Assembly (NCBI RefSeq): GCF_044704955.1 | Contig: NC_091980.1 | Span: forward strand, 25,420,001 to 25,484,000 | Direction: 5' to 3' | From: Pristiophorus japonicus | Lineage: Eukaryota | Length of the DNA stretch: 64,000 nucleotides | Shown here: positions 47,793 to 58,837 of the stretch, piece after piece | How positions within the stretch are numbered: the stretch's first letter is position 1 | Layout: each line of letters opens with the position of its first letter | Notes under the pieces: model-generated | The model's input: only the letters and a program-made list of their open reading frames with translations | The model's database searches: none | What the model was told of the DNA's origin: nothing | Position numbers and translations under genes: made by a program

Positions 47793-50290
47793 TTCTGGTC
47801 TATCCCTGTGAGGAGAGAGGACCAGTACAAGTTTACTTTCACCTTTAAGGAACAGCAATATACTTGGAGCTGCCTCCCTCAGGGATTCCACAACAGTCCC
47901 AGCATCTTCCACCAGTGCATGGCGAACTGTTTAAAGAGCTTCAGCCAGCCGCAACAGTTGGTGCAGTATGTGGACGACCTGCTCCTTTTCACTGACAACA
48001 GTAAAGAGCATGGTCTCCTGCTGGCAGAACTGTTGGCTGTACTCAAGGAGGGGGGTTTTAAGGTCAACCCCAAGAAGGCCCAGATAGGGTTAAAGGAAGT
48101 AAAAATTCCTGGGTCTAACACTCAGAGCAGGGGAACGAGGTATACATGAGACCCGAAGGCAAGCCGTGCAGGAACTCCTGGTACCGACCACCGTATCCGG
48201 AGTCAGATCTTTTTTAGGGATCACAGGCTACTGTAGAGATTTCATCGAAGATTATGCAGCAACTGCAGCCCCTCTACTCAGGCTCCAACACAAAGGGGTC
48301 GAGTGGGAGTGGGATCGAGGCTGCCAAGCTGCATTTCTTCAGTTGAAAAAGAACCTGCAGAAGGCACTTGCACTGGGGGCTATTGATGGGGGAAAGGATT
48401 TCTATTTAGAAGTAGCAGCCAGCGGGGACAGTCCGAGTGCAGTGCTTTTACAGGAAAGGCACGGACAGCTGAGAACGGTGGTGTACTCCTCCAGAGTCCT
48501 TGCAGAGATGGAAAAGGGGTACTCCAACTGTGAAAGGCATCTGTTAGCCACTCACTGGGCTGTGAAAAAAGCACAGGTTTTCACAGGAGTATCCCCTATC
48601 ACATTCCTCACCCATCACACCCCGACCCAGATTTGTTAAATGGGAGAATAAAGGATGGAACAGTCAGCTGTGCCAGGATCACTCGCTGGACCCTCCTCCT
48701 CTCCCAAATGACCATCAGGGTCAGGGGCCTCTGCGAGCCCAGGCTCGCAGCTAACCTCATATATGCAGGGGAGCCACACAGATGCTCAGTAGAAGGGGTT
48801 TGGGACACCGACTTTGGATTTCGGGCAGGGGTACATCCGATAAGCCGTGAGATCTACGTCGATGGATCCAGTTCGGTGTCCGCGGGTACAAGACTCACGG
48901 ATTGCGGAGTTTGGGACCCCGAGGCAGGCATAGCCTTGGCGCTTAAACTCCCCAGCACCCTGAGCACCTAGCAGGCTGAACTATCAGCGGTGATGTACGT
49001 GGTGACAAACCCGAGGAAGTTCCCATCCCGTACACGATTTGTTCAGACAGTATGTTTACCTGCAATTCGTGTACGGAGTATCTGGCTATTTGGTCACGCA
49101 GGGGGTACACATCCGCAAATGGGAAGCCCCTGGTAACCAAACCCCTGCTAGTAAGGATAGTGGCAGCCCTAGGAACAATAGGGACGTCTGCATCCACAAG
49201 GTTAAGGCGCATTCTAAGACAGAGCCCAGGGCAGAGGGTAACCAGCGGGCGGACCTCCTGGCCAGAGAAGGAGCCAAGACAGGTCATTTCTGGGACCCGT
49301 ATGAGAAAGGCAGGGTGATAGCAGCTAGAGGCAAGCCAGGGAAACAAGGGAGCGCAGGGGTAGCAGTGGCCCCGGACCTGAGAACGGTTCAGGCGCAGGA
49401 CCCCGTCCTCAAGTCTGCCATAGCAACCATCCTAAGTGGAGGAAAGGCAGAGAGCCCAGACAGTGCCGCAGATATAGCTGTCAAGGAAGGGATGCTGTTT
49501 AAAGGGCATAAGTGGGTGGTTCCAGCACAACACCAGCAGGAGTTCCTACAACTGGCCCAGATGCAGGATATCCCGGGCCAGAGTCCACCTGGCAGAAGGT
49601 GGAACAGGCAGCATGTTGGCCAGATCTCCGGAACGACGTCCGTGATTTCTGCGCAGCCTGTCTGGTGTGTGCAGCCAACAACCCAACCCCCCAGAAGAGA
49701 AAGGCATCCATGGGACACATCAGGCGGGTAGAGGGACCATGGCAGTCGATCCAAATCGACTACATAGGGCCCCTACCAACCGCCCGGGATGTGGGTGGGG
49801 GGAGGGGTACAAGTACTGTCTAGTGCTGGTAGATGTTTTCTCCAAATGGGTGGAAGCCTTCCCTTGCCGAACAGCTACTGCATTGGGGATGGCCAAGATC
49901 CTGGTCAGGGAAGTGTTCTCAAGGTGGGGTCTGCCACAGTTTGTGGAGTCCAACCAGGGAAGCCACTTCACCGGCCAGGCCACCTTAAAGGTACTGGGGA
50001 TTAAAGCACGGTGGCATGTAGCGTACAACCCCCAGTCCTCAGGACCTGTAGAGCGTCTCAACCGCACCATCAAGGAAAGGCTCTGCAAGGAGACAGGGAA
50101 TTCACTCAACTGATGGGTAGAGGTCTTGCCACTAGTCCTTATGGGAATCCGGGCCAGTCAGTCGAAAAGCACAGAGTATTCACCCCACGAGCTGATGACT
50201 GAGAGACCCATGAGGACCACAATATACACATCGGTGCCGGGTCTCACCGAAGGACAGCTTCAGGAAGCTAACCGAGACCGCTTTGCTAGG
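47793..50290 (+). mobile_element. Endogenous retrovirus-like pol (RT, tether, retroviral-type RNase H, integrase), degenerate
   Basis: LPQGFHNSP and YVDDLL RT; degenerate Gypsy-type RH/tether (SAVLLQERHG...YSSRVL...CERHLLA); second RNase H (IYVDGSS...AEL...SDS...KVKAH...GNQRADLLA); integrase (IQIDYIGPLP, VDVFSKWVEAFP, YNPQSSGPVERLNRTIK). Confidence 0.8.
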
Positions 50291-51899
50291 AGACGGACTG
50301 TTACCGGCTGGGAAACCTACCATCGAACGGGCCCTGGGCTCGACTTGTCTGCAGAATATACAACCCAATTACCGAGAGGCCCAACATCGTCTCAATAAGC
50401 CAAGCCGCACACCGAACAATGCTCCGAGGCCAACCAGCTGAAGAACCGGAGACCGAAGTAACTGGGAGAGGCAACATTCACTCCAGCTACCCCGTAAACC
50501 AACCATCCTAAGGCTAAAAAAAAATAACTGTCAAAAGGGATCGTAAGTATTATCCTGGGGTTTCTTTTCTCAACTGTCGGCCGAGGTCAGTCAGATACAA
50601 AGGGGGGTGGGGGTGGTGTTGGAAATGTCTTGTAAAGGTAAAATTGTGTAAGGTTTTCGTTGTGTCCATTTCTTCCCATAGATTTTCATAGTTTATAAGT
50701 GTGAGTCAGATATGTGTTTTGATGAAGTTTGACCTTGTTTGAAACTTACCGTGGTTAATAAATTGGACTTACACGTTTTTTTCGTTCCAAGGACCACTTG
50801 TCTCTGAGCGTTTTTTTTTCCCTTGTGGAAGCTCATAATCCACCAAAATTCTGAGGTTAGAACCAGATAGGGGTGCGAGGGTGCTTTGAAACCGCCAGTT
50901 TCGTGGTTAGCGAGCCAAAAGCTGCTGAACTGTCCCCTAGAAGGGACAGAGAGGCCCAATACACCAACAGGCACCAAAGACCCCCATAATTGGGCAGAGC
51001 AAAAACCCCCTACACTCTATATATCAATGTACTTTTCTTCTCTAATATCTGGCTTGCAAGCCTCAATTTACTTTATACTCAATGACCCAAATCCCACTGT
51101 TCAGGGAGTGAGCGGTTGGATTTTGAGGTCTCCCGCCCGGCAGAATCAGGATGATAATGCCCCGGAAAATGGCTGGGAATGGCTCAGCCCCCTTCCCCCA
51201 CATTCCTGAAGTCGCTGTGGCCGCGGCAATCTTCTCCCAGGCCCGGCCCCAGGAGGTCAGAGTCAGGCAGCAGACCCATCGATTTCTGACCAAGGCCTGC
51301 CGGTGCGATACTAATGTGGCCCATCTGTCAACATGGACCGGGCCTGCCGTCAGTAACCATCGGGCAGCTGTCCATCGCCCTCCCGCTCAGCCGGTCAGAA
51401 ACCCGATAGTTCACATTGACCCCAAGCTGCTCTGGTGGGGTTTCTGGTGTGGGAGCTAACGCAGGATTAACGCGCTGAGCTGCTCGTTGTAAAACCTTGC
51501 CTTGTAATATTGTGGAGCCTATTATTAACACAGTGTGCGTACAGGTGCTGTTGAGGTGGTGAATTGTGTCTGGAGCCTATCACAGATACACTGTGGGATT
51601 GCCACTGCTCAATGAATCACAAGACCTGTGAGAGAATCTGGCACAATCAACGTTGGTGATAGAGCTGCAGTCACAATGAGTTTAACGGTCTCATAGGCTT
51701 TTTCTTCCTTCAATGTCGTGAGTTTGTTTCACCGAGTAGAGCTGATGCTTCTTTCTGTTTCTTTTCCCTCTATTCTTTATTTCAACCATGTACTATTGCT
51801 GCTTATTCTCTCTTTTAATCTTTCCCGACTGATTTAAACACTCATGGACTCAAACTTGTTATTATAAGGATAAATAAAGACAAGGGATGAGGGAATTTA

Positions 51900-52375
51900 C
51901 CAAAGCAAAATACTGCTGATGCTGGAATCTGAAATAAAAACAGAAAATGCTGGAAATCTCAGCGGGTCAGGCAGCATTTGTGGAAAGAAAAACAGAGTTA
52001 ACGTTTCAGGTCGATGAGCCTTCGTCATAGCTGGCAAATGTTTGAAATGGACAGATTCTTAAGGAGCACTGAAAGGGGGAGGGGAAGAAAGAACAAAAGG
52101 GAAGGTATGTGATAGGGTGGAAGACAGGAGAGATTAGAGAGACAAAAGGGATGATGGGCCGACTTGAAATGTTTATAGCAGAAGTTAGAAAAAGGTTGGT
52201 CTAGATAGGGTGTGAATGGCAGAATAATGACCAGCTGCCATTGAAGACAAAGAGAAAAAAATTACATAAGATCGGGGTGGGGGTAGGGTGGGAGGGTGGG
52301 AGGGTGGGGGGTAAGGGAACCAAATATGGGCAGAGGTTATGCTGCAAAATTGTTGACCTCAATGTTGAGTCAAAA
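51900..52375 (-). mobile_element. Penelope-like element 3' tail (GIY-YIG C-terminus and pseudo-LTR)
   Basis: Minus strand LNIEVNNF (PxGLN-type end), followed by the tail ...gatgctgcctgacc.gctgag.tttccagcattttctgtttttatttcagattccagcatc, recognised as a shark PLE tail. Confidence 0.7.
51996..52034 (-). ncRNA. Degenerate minimal type I hammerhead ribozyme motif (copy 1)
   Basis: Minus strand AGCT-ATGACGA-AGGC tcatcg ACCT-GAAAC-GT-T-AACT. Core C3 is changed to A. Confidence 0.55.
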
Positions 52376-53167
52376 TGAGGGAAGATAGTCGGTCCTTGCA
52401 CCTAATCCTTCCATGTCATCTTACTGTCTCATCATCGCAGCATCCAACTGCATTTTACACGAGTCAAGAGATTTTGCTCCAGGCCAATATTTTCTGTTCC
52501 ATACATTGTCTTATAAACCTCTTTAAGGTCCACTTTCATTCCTCTGCTTTTAAATCTACAGGGTCCGATGCCGAGAAATTGGACTTTCGCCCAAGCTGGT
52601 CAGCAAGTTGGCGAAGTGATCGCTTTGAGTGTCTGGGCCCCGATGACATTCGGCATTAGCCCTCATTTCAATTAAACATTCGATCCGCAGACACCAATCG
52701 GGCGTCCCGATGGAGGTCACCAGTGGGGTCCTGGTGAATTCCGGCCAGCTTCGATGCTGAACCAGCCCACAGGTAGGTCCCTGGGGAAGCTGAACCTGTG
52801 GGGTTGGATGGTGAGCCCAGGCCCCAGTATTATTGTGGAGCCAGGGAAAGCACTCCATATCCTCCAGACTCCACATAAATGTAACTGTTAAAAGGTTTTC
52901 TGGCCCATTTCTTGAGCGGCCTCCAACAATCCTGTTCAGCACCACTGGTTCATCCACTCAAAACCTGGAACAATGAGCAGGAGCTTGCATAGTGTCAGCT
53001 CCGCCCACTTGTACATAAATTTCAATCAGGGTCCTCCAGTTGGCTTTAGGACCCAGATTTGCATATGCAAGATGCCTAAAGCCTGTTTCAGGTGGCTACC
53101 CCGAAGAGCAGAAAGTGTTCAAGGTGGTCATTCCTAGAAGAGAAGTGACAGTGAATTAAGCACTAAT

Positions 53168-53340
53168 ACAAAAGCAAAATACCGCGGATGCTGGAATGTG
53201 AAATAAAAACAGAAAATGCTGGAAATACTCAGCAGGTCAGGCAGCATCTGTGGAGAGAGAAACAGTGTTACTGTTTCAGGTCGATGAACCTTCATCAGAA
53301 CTGGAAAAAGTTAGAGATGTAACAGGTTTTTAAGCAAGTG
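53168..53340 (-). mobile_element. Penelope-like element pseudo-LTR tail (second copy)
   Basis: Closely similar to 51900-52060. Confidence 0.7.
53265..53304 (-). ncRNA. Degenerate minimal type I hammerhead ribozyme motif (copy 2)
   Basis: Minus strand AGTT-CTGATGA-AGGT tcatcg ACCT-GAAAC. Core boxes are intact and stem II is a perfect 4 bp. The stem III/cleavage side is altered (AGTAACAC). Confidence 0.6.
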
Positions 53341-54112
53341 TAGGCAATTGGTTGTATGGATTTTCAGAGAGTTGTCCCTGAAGGTAGTTGACAAATATAA
53401 GTTGCATGCAACTGAGTGTGGGAGTCCGGTGCACTCAGATTCCCGACTCTATTGCTGGGTGCAATTCAGGGCAAATTTACTGCAAAACAAGAAACCTGGA
53501 GCTGCAGCTTCCAGACCTATAAAGTTAAAATTATCAAAGTAAATGGCAAACAAATAAATGATTTCTGCTCCCTTCCCAGTCTGCTTTCACATGGATCTGG
53601 GACAATATGTAAGCTGGACAGCCTTTTCTATCATTCCCCGACCAATCATTCCCATCCTATCATTCCTGTGGAAAATTGCCGCCACTTCCAGGATTTCGAT
53701 CCAGAAGTGACATTGGTCAAGTGTGGGTCACATTTAAATAAGTGCCAGGGACAGAGTGACATCATGCGTCACATTTTCCATTATTACTCACCAGAGCAAC
53801 ACTGAATGTAAAAGAAAACCACTACGTTATTGGCATCTAGTCTTATTACAGTGGGCAGGTGAGCATTACAGATTTAAAAGGTTCCTTACAGGAATGGAAT
53901 GGACTCCAATGAGATTTAGTAAGACGTGTTGTCCTCTTCAACTCCCATACATTGCTTTGAGTTGTATATTCTGACTTTTGTGAACACTTATGATTTTGAA
54001 CTCTGAGTAACATGGAGTGCAATAGGATATAAAAGGTTATCATAATTAAATGAGCTGTAAGTGACAAGAGCTTTCTGTGGAGGATACAAAGAGAAAAACC
54101 TGAGACACTTAC

Positions 54113-54382
54113 TGTTAACCTTGAGATAATATGGAATTAAAACCTGGCGTGTGTTTTGATAAAACAAAGCATATATCCAGTTCCCTCTGCCTCTGTCAGC
54201 TTTCTGAATAATCAGTCTCAATGATTTCTCTTCCCCATTCCGTCCATTCAATGTTTTCTCTCCAACAGTTTTGCCATCACTATTGATCCAAACAAGACTC
54301 ATTGATTCAGTGACATCAGAGACAGAGCAGGTCAGGGTAACGGTGTCTCCCTCAGTCACTGCATCAGATGGTTCAGCTGTGA
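54113..54382 (-). CDS. Ig C2-type domain exon (CD4/LAG-3 D2-like), F-strand Cys replaced by Tyr
   Basis: 270 nt, phase 1/1, ttccacag acceptor and GTAAGT donor. (V)TAEPSDAVTEGDTVTLTCSVS...LVW...GRGNWIYALF; TGG ATA TAT sits where WxC is expected. Confidence 0.85.
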
Positions 54383-54460
54383 CTGTGGAAATAAGAAAAT
54401 CATTTAGATTTTAAACAATGAATTTATCATTGAAAACAATGGTAACATTCTGTCTCCTAC

Positions 54461-54799
54461 CTTTAACTGTGATTAATTTAATGGTCACAAATTTATTTGG
54501 TCCCCGAAAACATGTGTAAACTCCTGCATCTTCATACAGTACAGGGACAGTCCTCACACTGAAGTTCTTGCCATTATAATTTCCCACTGTGGGCACCAGT
54601 CGACTCCCAAAGTCGGTCCTGTTTACATTGATCGGCTCAGATCTGAAAGTAGAAGCTATTTCTTTCTCTTGATTCTGAAAATGAAATGACTTCCAGGTCC
54701 ATGTAGTTTTATAGTACTCAGAAAGAGCTTCACAAATCAGGTCGAGTTCACCGTGATCTGTGTCTGACAGATAAAGTGTTTCTATCTTATTGTGTAAAT
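54461..54799 (-). CDS. Ig V-type domain exon with canonical Cys pair (CD4/LAG-3 D1-like)
   Basis: 339 nt, phase 1/1, atcacag acceptor and GTAGGA donor. LHNKIETLYLSDTDHGELDLICE...TWTW...FGSRL...NFSVRTVPVLYEDAGVYTC...KLITVK, open. The ORF track shows only its 3' part. A 78-nt intron separates it from the next exon. Confidence 0.88.
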
Positions 54800-55103
54800 C
54801 TGTGATAGAGGGACAGGAAACAAGGTGTTAGATTTTTATAGCTGCTGAGATACAGATGTTCTGAATTCCCACGTGGACAAACATCACCCTCTTGGCACAA
54901 GTCAGCTGGGAGTGCAGCACTGGGACAGGGAAATCGGCTGGGACTGGATACACTGGCTGCCGGCCCAGGCTGCCTATTGTTTAAATGCCGGGTTGTGGTA
55001 CAAAGTCCATCTGCCCCAAACATGGCCCCCATCAAAATGATGTTGTTTCCCCGTGGGCTGTAGATAATAATCTTGATTGGCGGATCTGACGTGTCTCCCC
55101 TGG

Positions 55104-55215
55104 ACCCCGTGCCGGCCCGCTTTTGTCCCGGGCCGAAGGGCCCCCGTGCCGGCCCGCTTTTGTCCCGGGCCGAAGGGCCCCCGTGCTGGCCCGCTTCTGT
55201 CCCGGGCCAAAAGGA
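55104..55215. repeat. GC-rich 37-bp tandem repeat x3
   Basis: cccccgtgccggcccgcttttgtcccgggccgaaggg repeated three times, with looser copies to ~55280. Confidence 0.85.
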
Positions 55216-55699
55216 CCCTGCTCCGCCCCAGGCCAAAAGGACTCTGCACCGGCGGAGCCCATCCCGGGCCGAAAGGACTCCACACCTGCCCATGCCTGTC
55301 CCTGTGGTCGCACACCAGGTGTTCATCGTGCTGACAGATTCAGGGGACGCTGAACCGGCCGAAGGGACCTAGGCGGCGGCGTTCAACTCAACGTCTTATA
55401 CTTCCAACCAACTTTTAATTAATTTTTAAACTTTTAATCAACTTTTAAACTTATTAAACAATTTGGGAGAACTTTTAAAACTTACATCTTAGTCTCTTAA
55501 TCGAAATACTTTTAAATATCTATTACTAATCTACATCTTTGACTTTTTACAACATTTAGAAACTTTTTAAATTGGGGAAACTATTATAATCTATTGTTGA
55601 TTTACATCTTAACCTTTTTAACAACTCTTCAAAACTTTTTAAACAAACTGAAAATCTTGATCAACTTTTAACTTTTAAAATAACTTTGGAAGTCACCTT

Positions 55700-58041
55700 C
55701 CTAATGCCTGCCCCCCAACCTAGCCTCGGGCCATCTACCATCAATGGCGCTACTCGGTGCCGAGCTTGCGGCCAACACTTGGCCACAGGCAATTAGGCCT
55801 ATCGAGCTGTGCCTGGTCTCCAGTTGTCTTGGATTCCCTTGCCACTGGACTGGTTCAGCTAAGCCCGTGTGGTTGCCAGTGTGCAGCGGCCACCCCACGT
55901 TAAAAGCACTCACGCACAGGCATCTTCCACTTCGTCAGTATGAAGTTCGGGACCTGGAATGTCAGGACCCTCATGGACAATCCCAACAGCAACAGGCCAG
56001 AACGCCGCACCGCGATAGTTGCCCGGGAACTCAGACGTTTTGACATTGACATTGCCGCCCTAAGCGAGACCCGGCGGGCAAGGGAAGGCCAGTTGAAGGA
56101 ACATGGTGGAGGTTACACCTTCTTCTGGAAAGGGAAACCAGAGGCAGAACACCGCCTTCATGGAGTCAGCTTTGCCGTCAAAAATGAGCTGGTTTACCGC
56201 CTCAAAGACTCCCCCTGTGGGGTTAACGAACGCCTCATGACTCTTCGTATCACCCAATCCCGGAATCAATGCACCACAATCATCAGTGCATATGCCCCTA
56301 CACTCGATGCAAAAGAGGTCTTTTGTTCCAACCGAGAGACATTCTTGTCCCACGTCCCCATGGGTGACAAATTGATCCTTCTGGGTGATTTTAATGCCAG
56401 GGTCAGCAAAGACACAGCCCTCTGGGGAGGCGTGATTGGTAGAGAGGGGGTAGAGAAAGCCAACTCCAGTGGTACCCTACTCCTGACAAAATGTCTAGAA
56501 CATGAACTCCTCATCACCAACACCCTGTTCCGCCAGAGGGACAAATATAAGGCAGGGATCGCAAGGATGTGCGCATCACCCGCGCCATGACAAGAGCTGA
56601 CGACTGCTGGACGGACCACCGCCTAATCCGATCAATCATCAACATTAACATTGCCCCAAAGCAGAGAGGATAGCAGAAGAAGTTCCACAAAAAAGTTAAA
56701 ACCTGAGCACTTTGAGACCCAGCTAAAAGAGCCCTATACCGCCAGCGCCTCTCAGCCAATCTGGCATGCCTTGATGACCCTGAGATACTGAATGCCCACA
56801 GCGCTTGGTCTGCCATCCAGGCCTCTATAACAAGTGCCTGTGAAGAGACACTTGGTCACTCAACCAAAAAACATCAGGACTGGTTTGATGAAAATGATCA
56901 GGAGATCGAAGAACTAATAGATCGCAAGCACAAAGCATTTCCGAGCCTCAAGCAATAACCCAACTCGGGAGCTGCAAAACAACATTACAGACGGCTCAAG
57001 GCTCAGGTCCAACAAAAACCCGGTACCTAAAGAACAGGTGGTGGATGGAGAAAGCACAAGAGATACAACAACTGGCTGACAGCCACGATATGCAAGGATT
57101 CTTCACTGCAGTCAAGGCCACCTACGGTCCAAAATCCCAAGGCCCCACCCCACTCCTGGCCAAGAACAGGGAAACACTCATCAAGGACACCGAGGCTGTT
57201 AGGGCCCGATGGAAGGAGCACTTTGAAGATCTCCTCAATCGAGACTCGCCTTTGACTCGAGTGTTCTCGACTCCATCCCGCAGCATGCGATCCGCCACCA
57301 ACTCAGTGAAACTCCAACATTGCACGAGGTAGGCAAAGCCATAAAACAGCTGAAGAATAACAAAGCTACAGGTGCCGATGGAATCCCTGCTGAGGCACTA
57401 AAATATGGCGGAGAGGCGCTGTTGGCGCGGATACATGACCTCATCTCTCTCATTTAGAGGGAGGAGAGCATGCCGGGAGATCTCAAAGATGCAGTCATTG
57501 TGACCATTTTTAAAAAGGGGGACAAGTCCGACTGAAGCAATTACAGGGGAATCTCCCTGCTATCAGCCACTGGGAAAGTTGTCGCTAGAGTTCTCCTCAA
57601 TCGACTTCTCCCTGTGGCCGAGGAACTCCTCCCGGAATCACAATGCAGATTTCTTCTCCTACGGGGCACAACAGACATGATCTTTGCAGCGCGACAGCTG
57701 CAGGAAAAATGCAGGGAGCAGCGCCAGGCCTTATACATGGCCTTTTTCGATCTTACAAAGGCCTTTGACACTGTCAACCGTGAGGGTCTATGGAGCGTCC
57801 TCCTCCGTTTTGGATGCCCCCAAAGGTTTGTCAACATCCTTCGCCTGCTTCACGATGGCATGCAGATTGTGATCCTGCATGTGACCAACAGATCCATTAC
57901 AGACCCAATTCACATCTGGACATGAGTCAAACAGGGCTGCGTCATCGCTCCAACCTTCTTCTCAATCTTCCTCGCCACCATGTTCCACCTCACAATCAAC
58001 AAGCTCCCCGTTGGAGTGGAACTAAACTACAGAACCAGCAG
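55700..58041 (+). mobile_element. RTE-clade LINE (endonuclease and 5' part of RT), truncated at the LTR
   Basis: MKFGTWNVRTLMD...DIAALSETR...LLGDFNARV; YRGISLLS...LPESQC...FDLTKAFDTV; KQGCVIAPTFFSIF...GVELNYRTS, ending abruptly at 58041. Confidence 0.9.
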
Positions 58042-58309
58042 TGTCATGTATCTCACACTACTGTATATAACTGTATCTTACCATGCTATACATGACTGTA
58101 ACTAGATATGACCTGTAACCACAAGTATACTTTACCACCAGGGGTGCACTTGCAGGAGACACTTCATACCTGTTCCACACAGGTATATAAAGGCAGGTCT
58201 CAGGCAAGTGTGGCACTCGAGAGCTGTGAGATAAAGGTGCAGGTCCAGAGTGACCTTGACTTCAGCATGTGCCTCGTGTAAGTCTGTACTGCAGGGTCAG
58301 GACTTTACA
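58042..58309 (+). mobile_element. Solo Gypsy LTR (family of the LTR at 39943-40190), no target-site duplication
   Basis: TGTCA...TTACA, with a TATA-like gtatataaa. It is reverse-complement similar to 39943-40190. Flanks gcag| and |ctgc differ. Confidence 0.88.
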
Positions 58310-58343
58310 CTGCCCATTACAGGCCTCTGTGAATCTGTTTCAA
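58310..58343 (-). pseudogene. 5' stub of an Ig C2 exon truncated by the LTR
   Basis: ttctacag|TT GAA ACA GAT TCA CAG AGG CCT GTA ATG GGC AG = (V)ETDSQRPVMG, homologous to (V)ERSLQRAVVGS of exon 3044-3313, at the expected position after the Cys-less V exon. Confidence 0.75.
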
Positions 58344-58837
58344 CTGTAGAAAAAGAAAGACTTGCATTTATATACCACCTTTCATGACCACCATGCATCT
58401 CAAAGTGCTTTACAGCCAACGAAGTGGAGTGTAGTCACTGTTGTAATGATACTGAAAACAGATAAATGACGTGTAATATAGATTTCTATAAGTTTTCTGT
58501 ACTATTGCATTCAAAATGTTCTTTTGGGAATTTTCTACACCAAAGATGCTCAGTCATTAAGTTTATTCAAGACAGAGATCGCTACATTTTTGACTATGAA
58601 GATAATCAAAGTATATAGGGATAGTGCGGGAAGATGGAGTTGAGGTTGAAAATCGGCCATTTTATTCTTGAGTGTTGGAACAGGTTCGAAGGCCTGAATG
58701 GCCTACTCCTGCTTACTGATAAATATTAACTGGCCGTGCTTAGTGCCCACTATCTACATTTCGCAGATAATGTTCATTTGCTCCATTTCATCTTCCTCAC
58801 CAACATGCTGCTCCTTAACAACATTGCCAAAGACTTT

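Noticed and set aside
50300-51700. Possible env, gag or LTR of the retrovirus-like element
   Set aside because: No long ORF, furin site, fusion peptide, TM or paired LTR could be recognised by eye.
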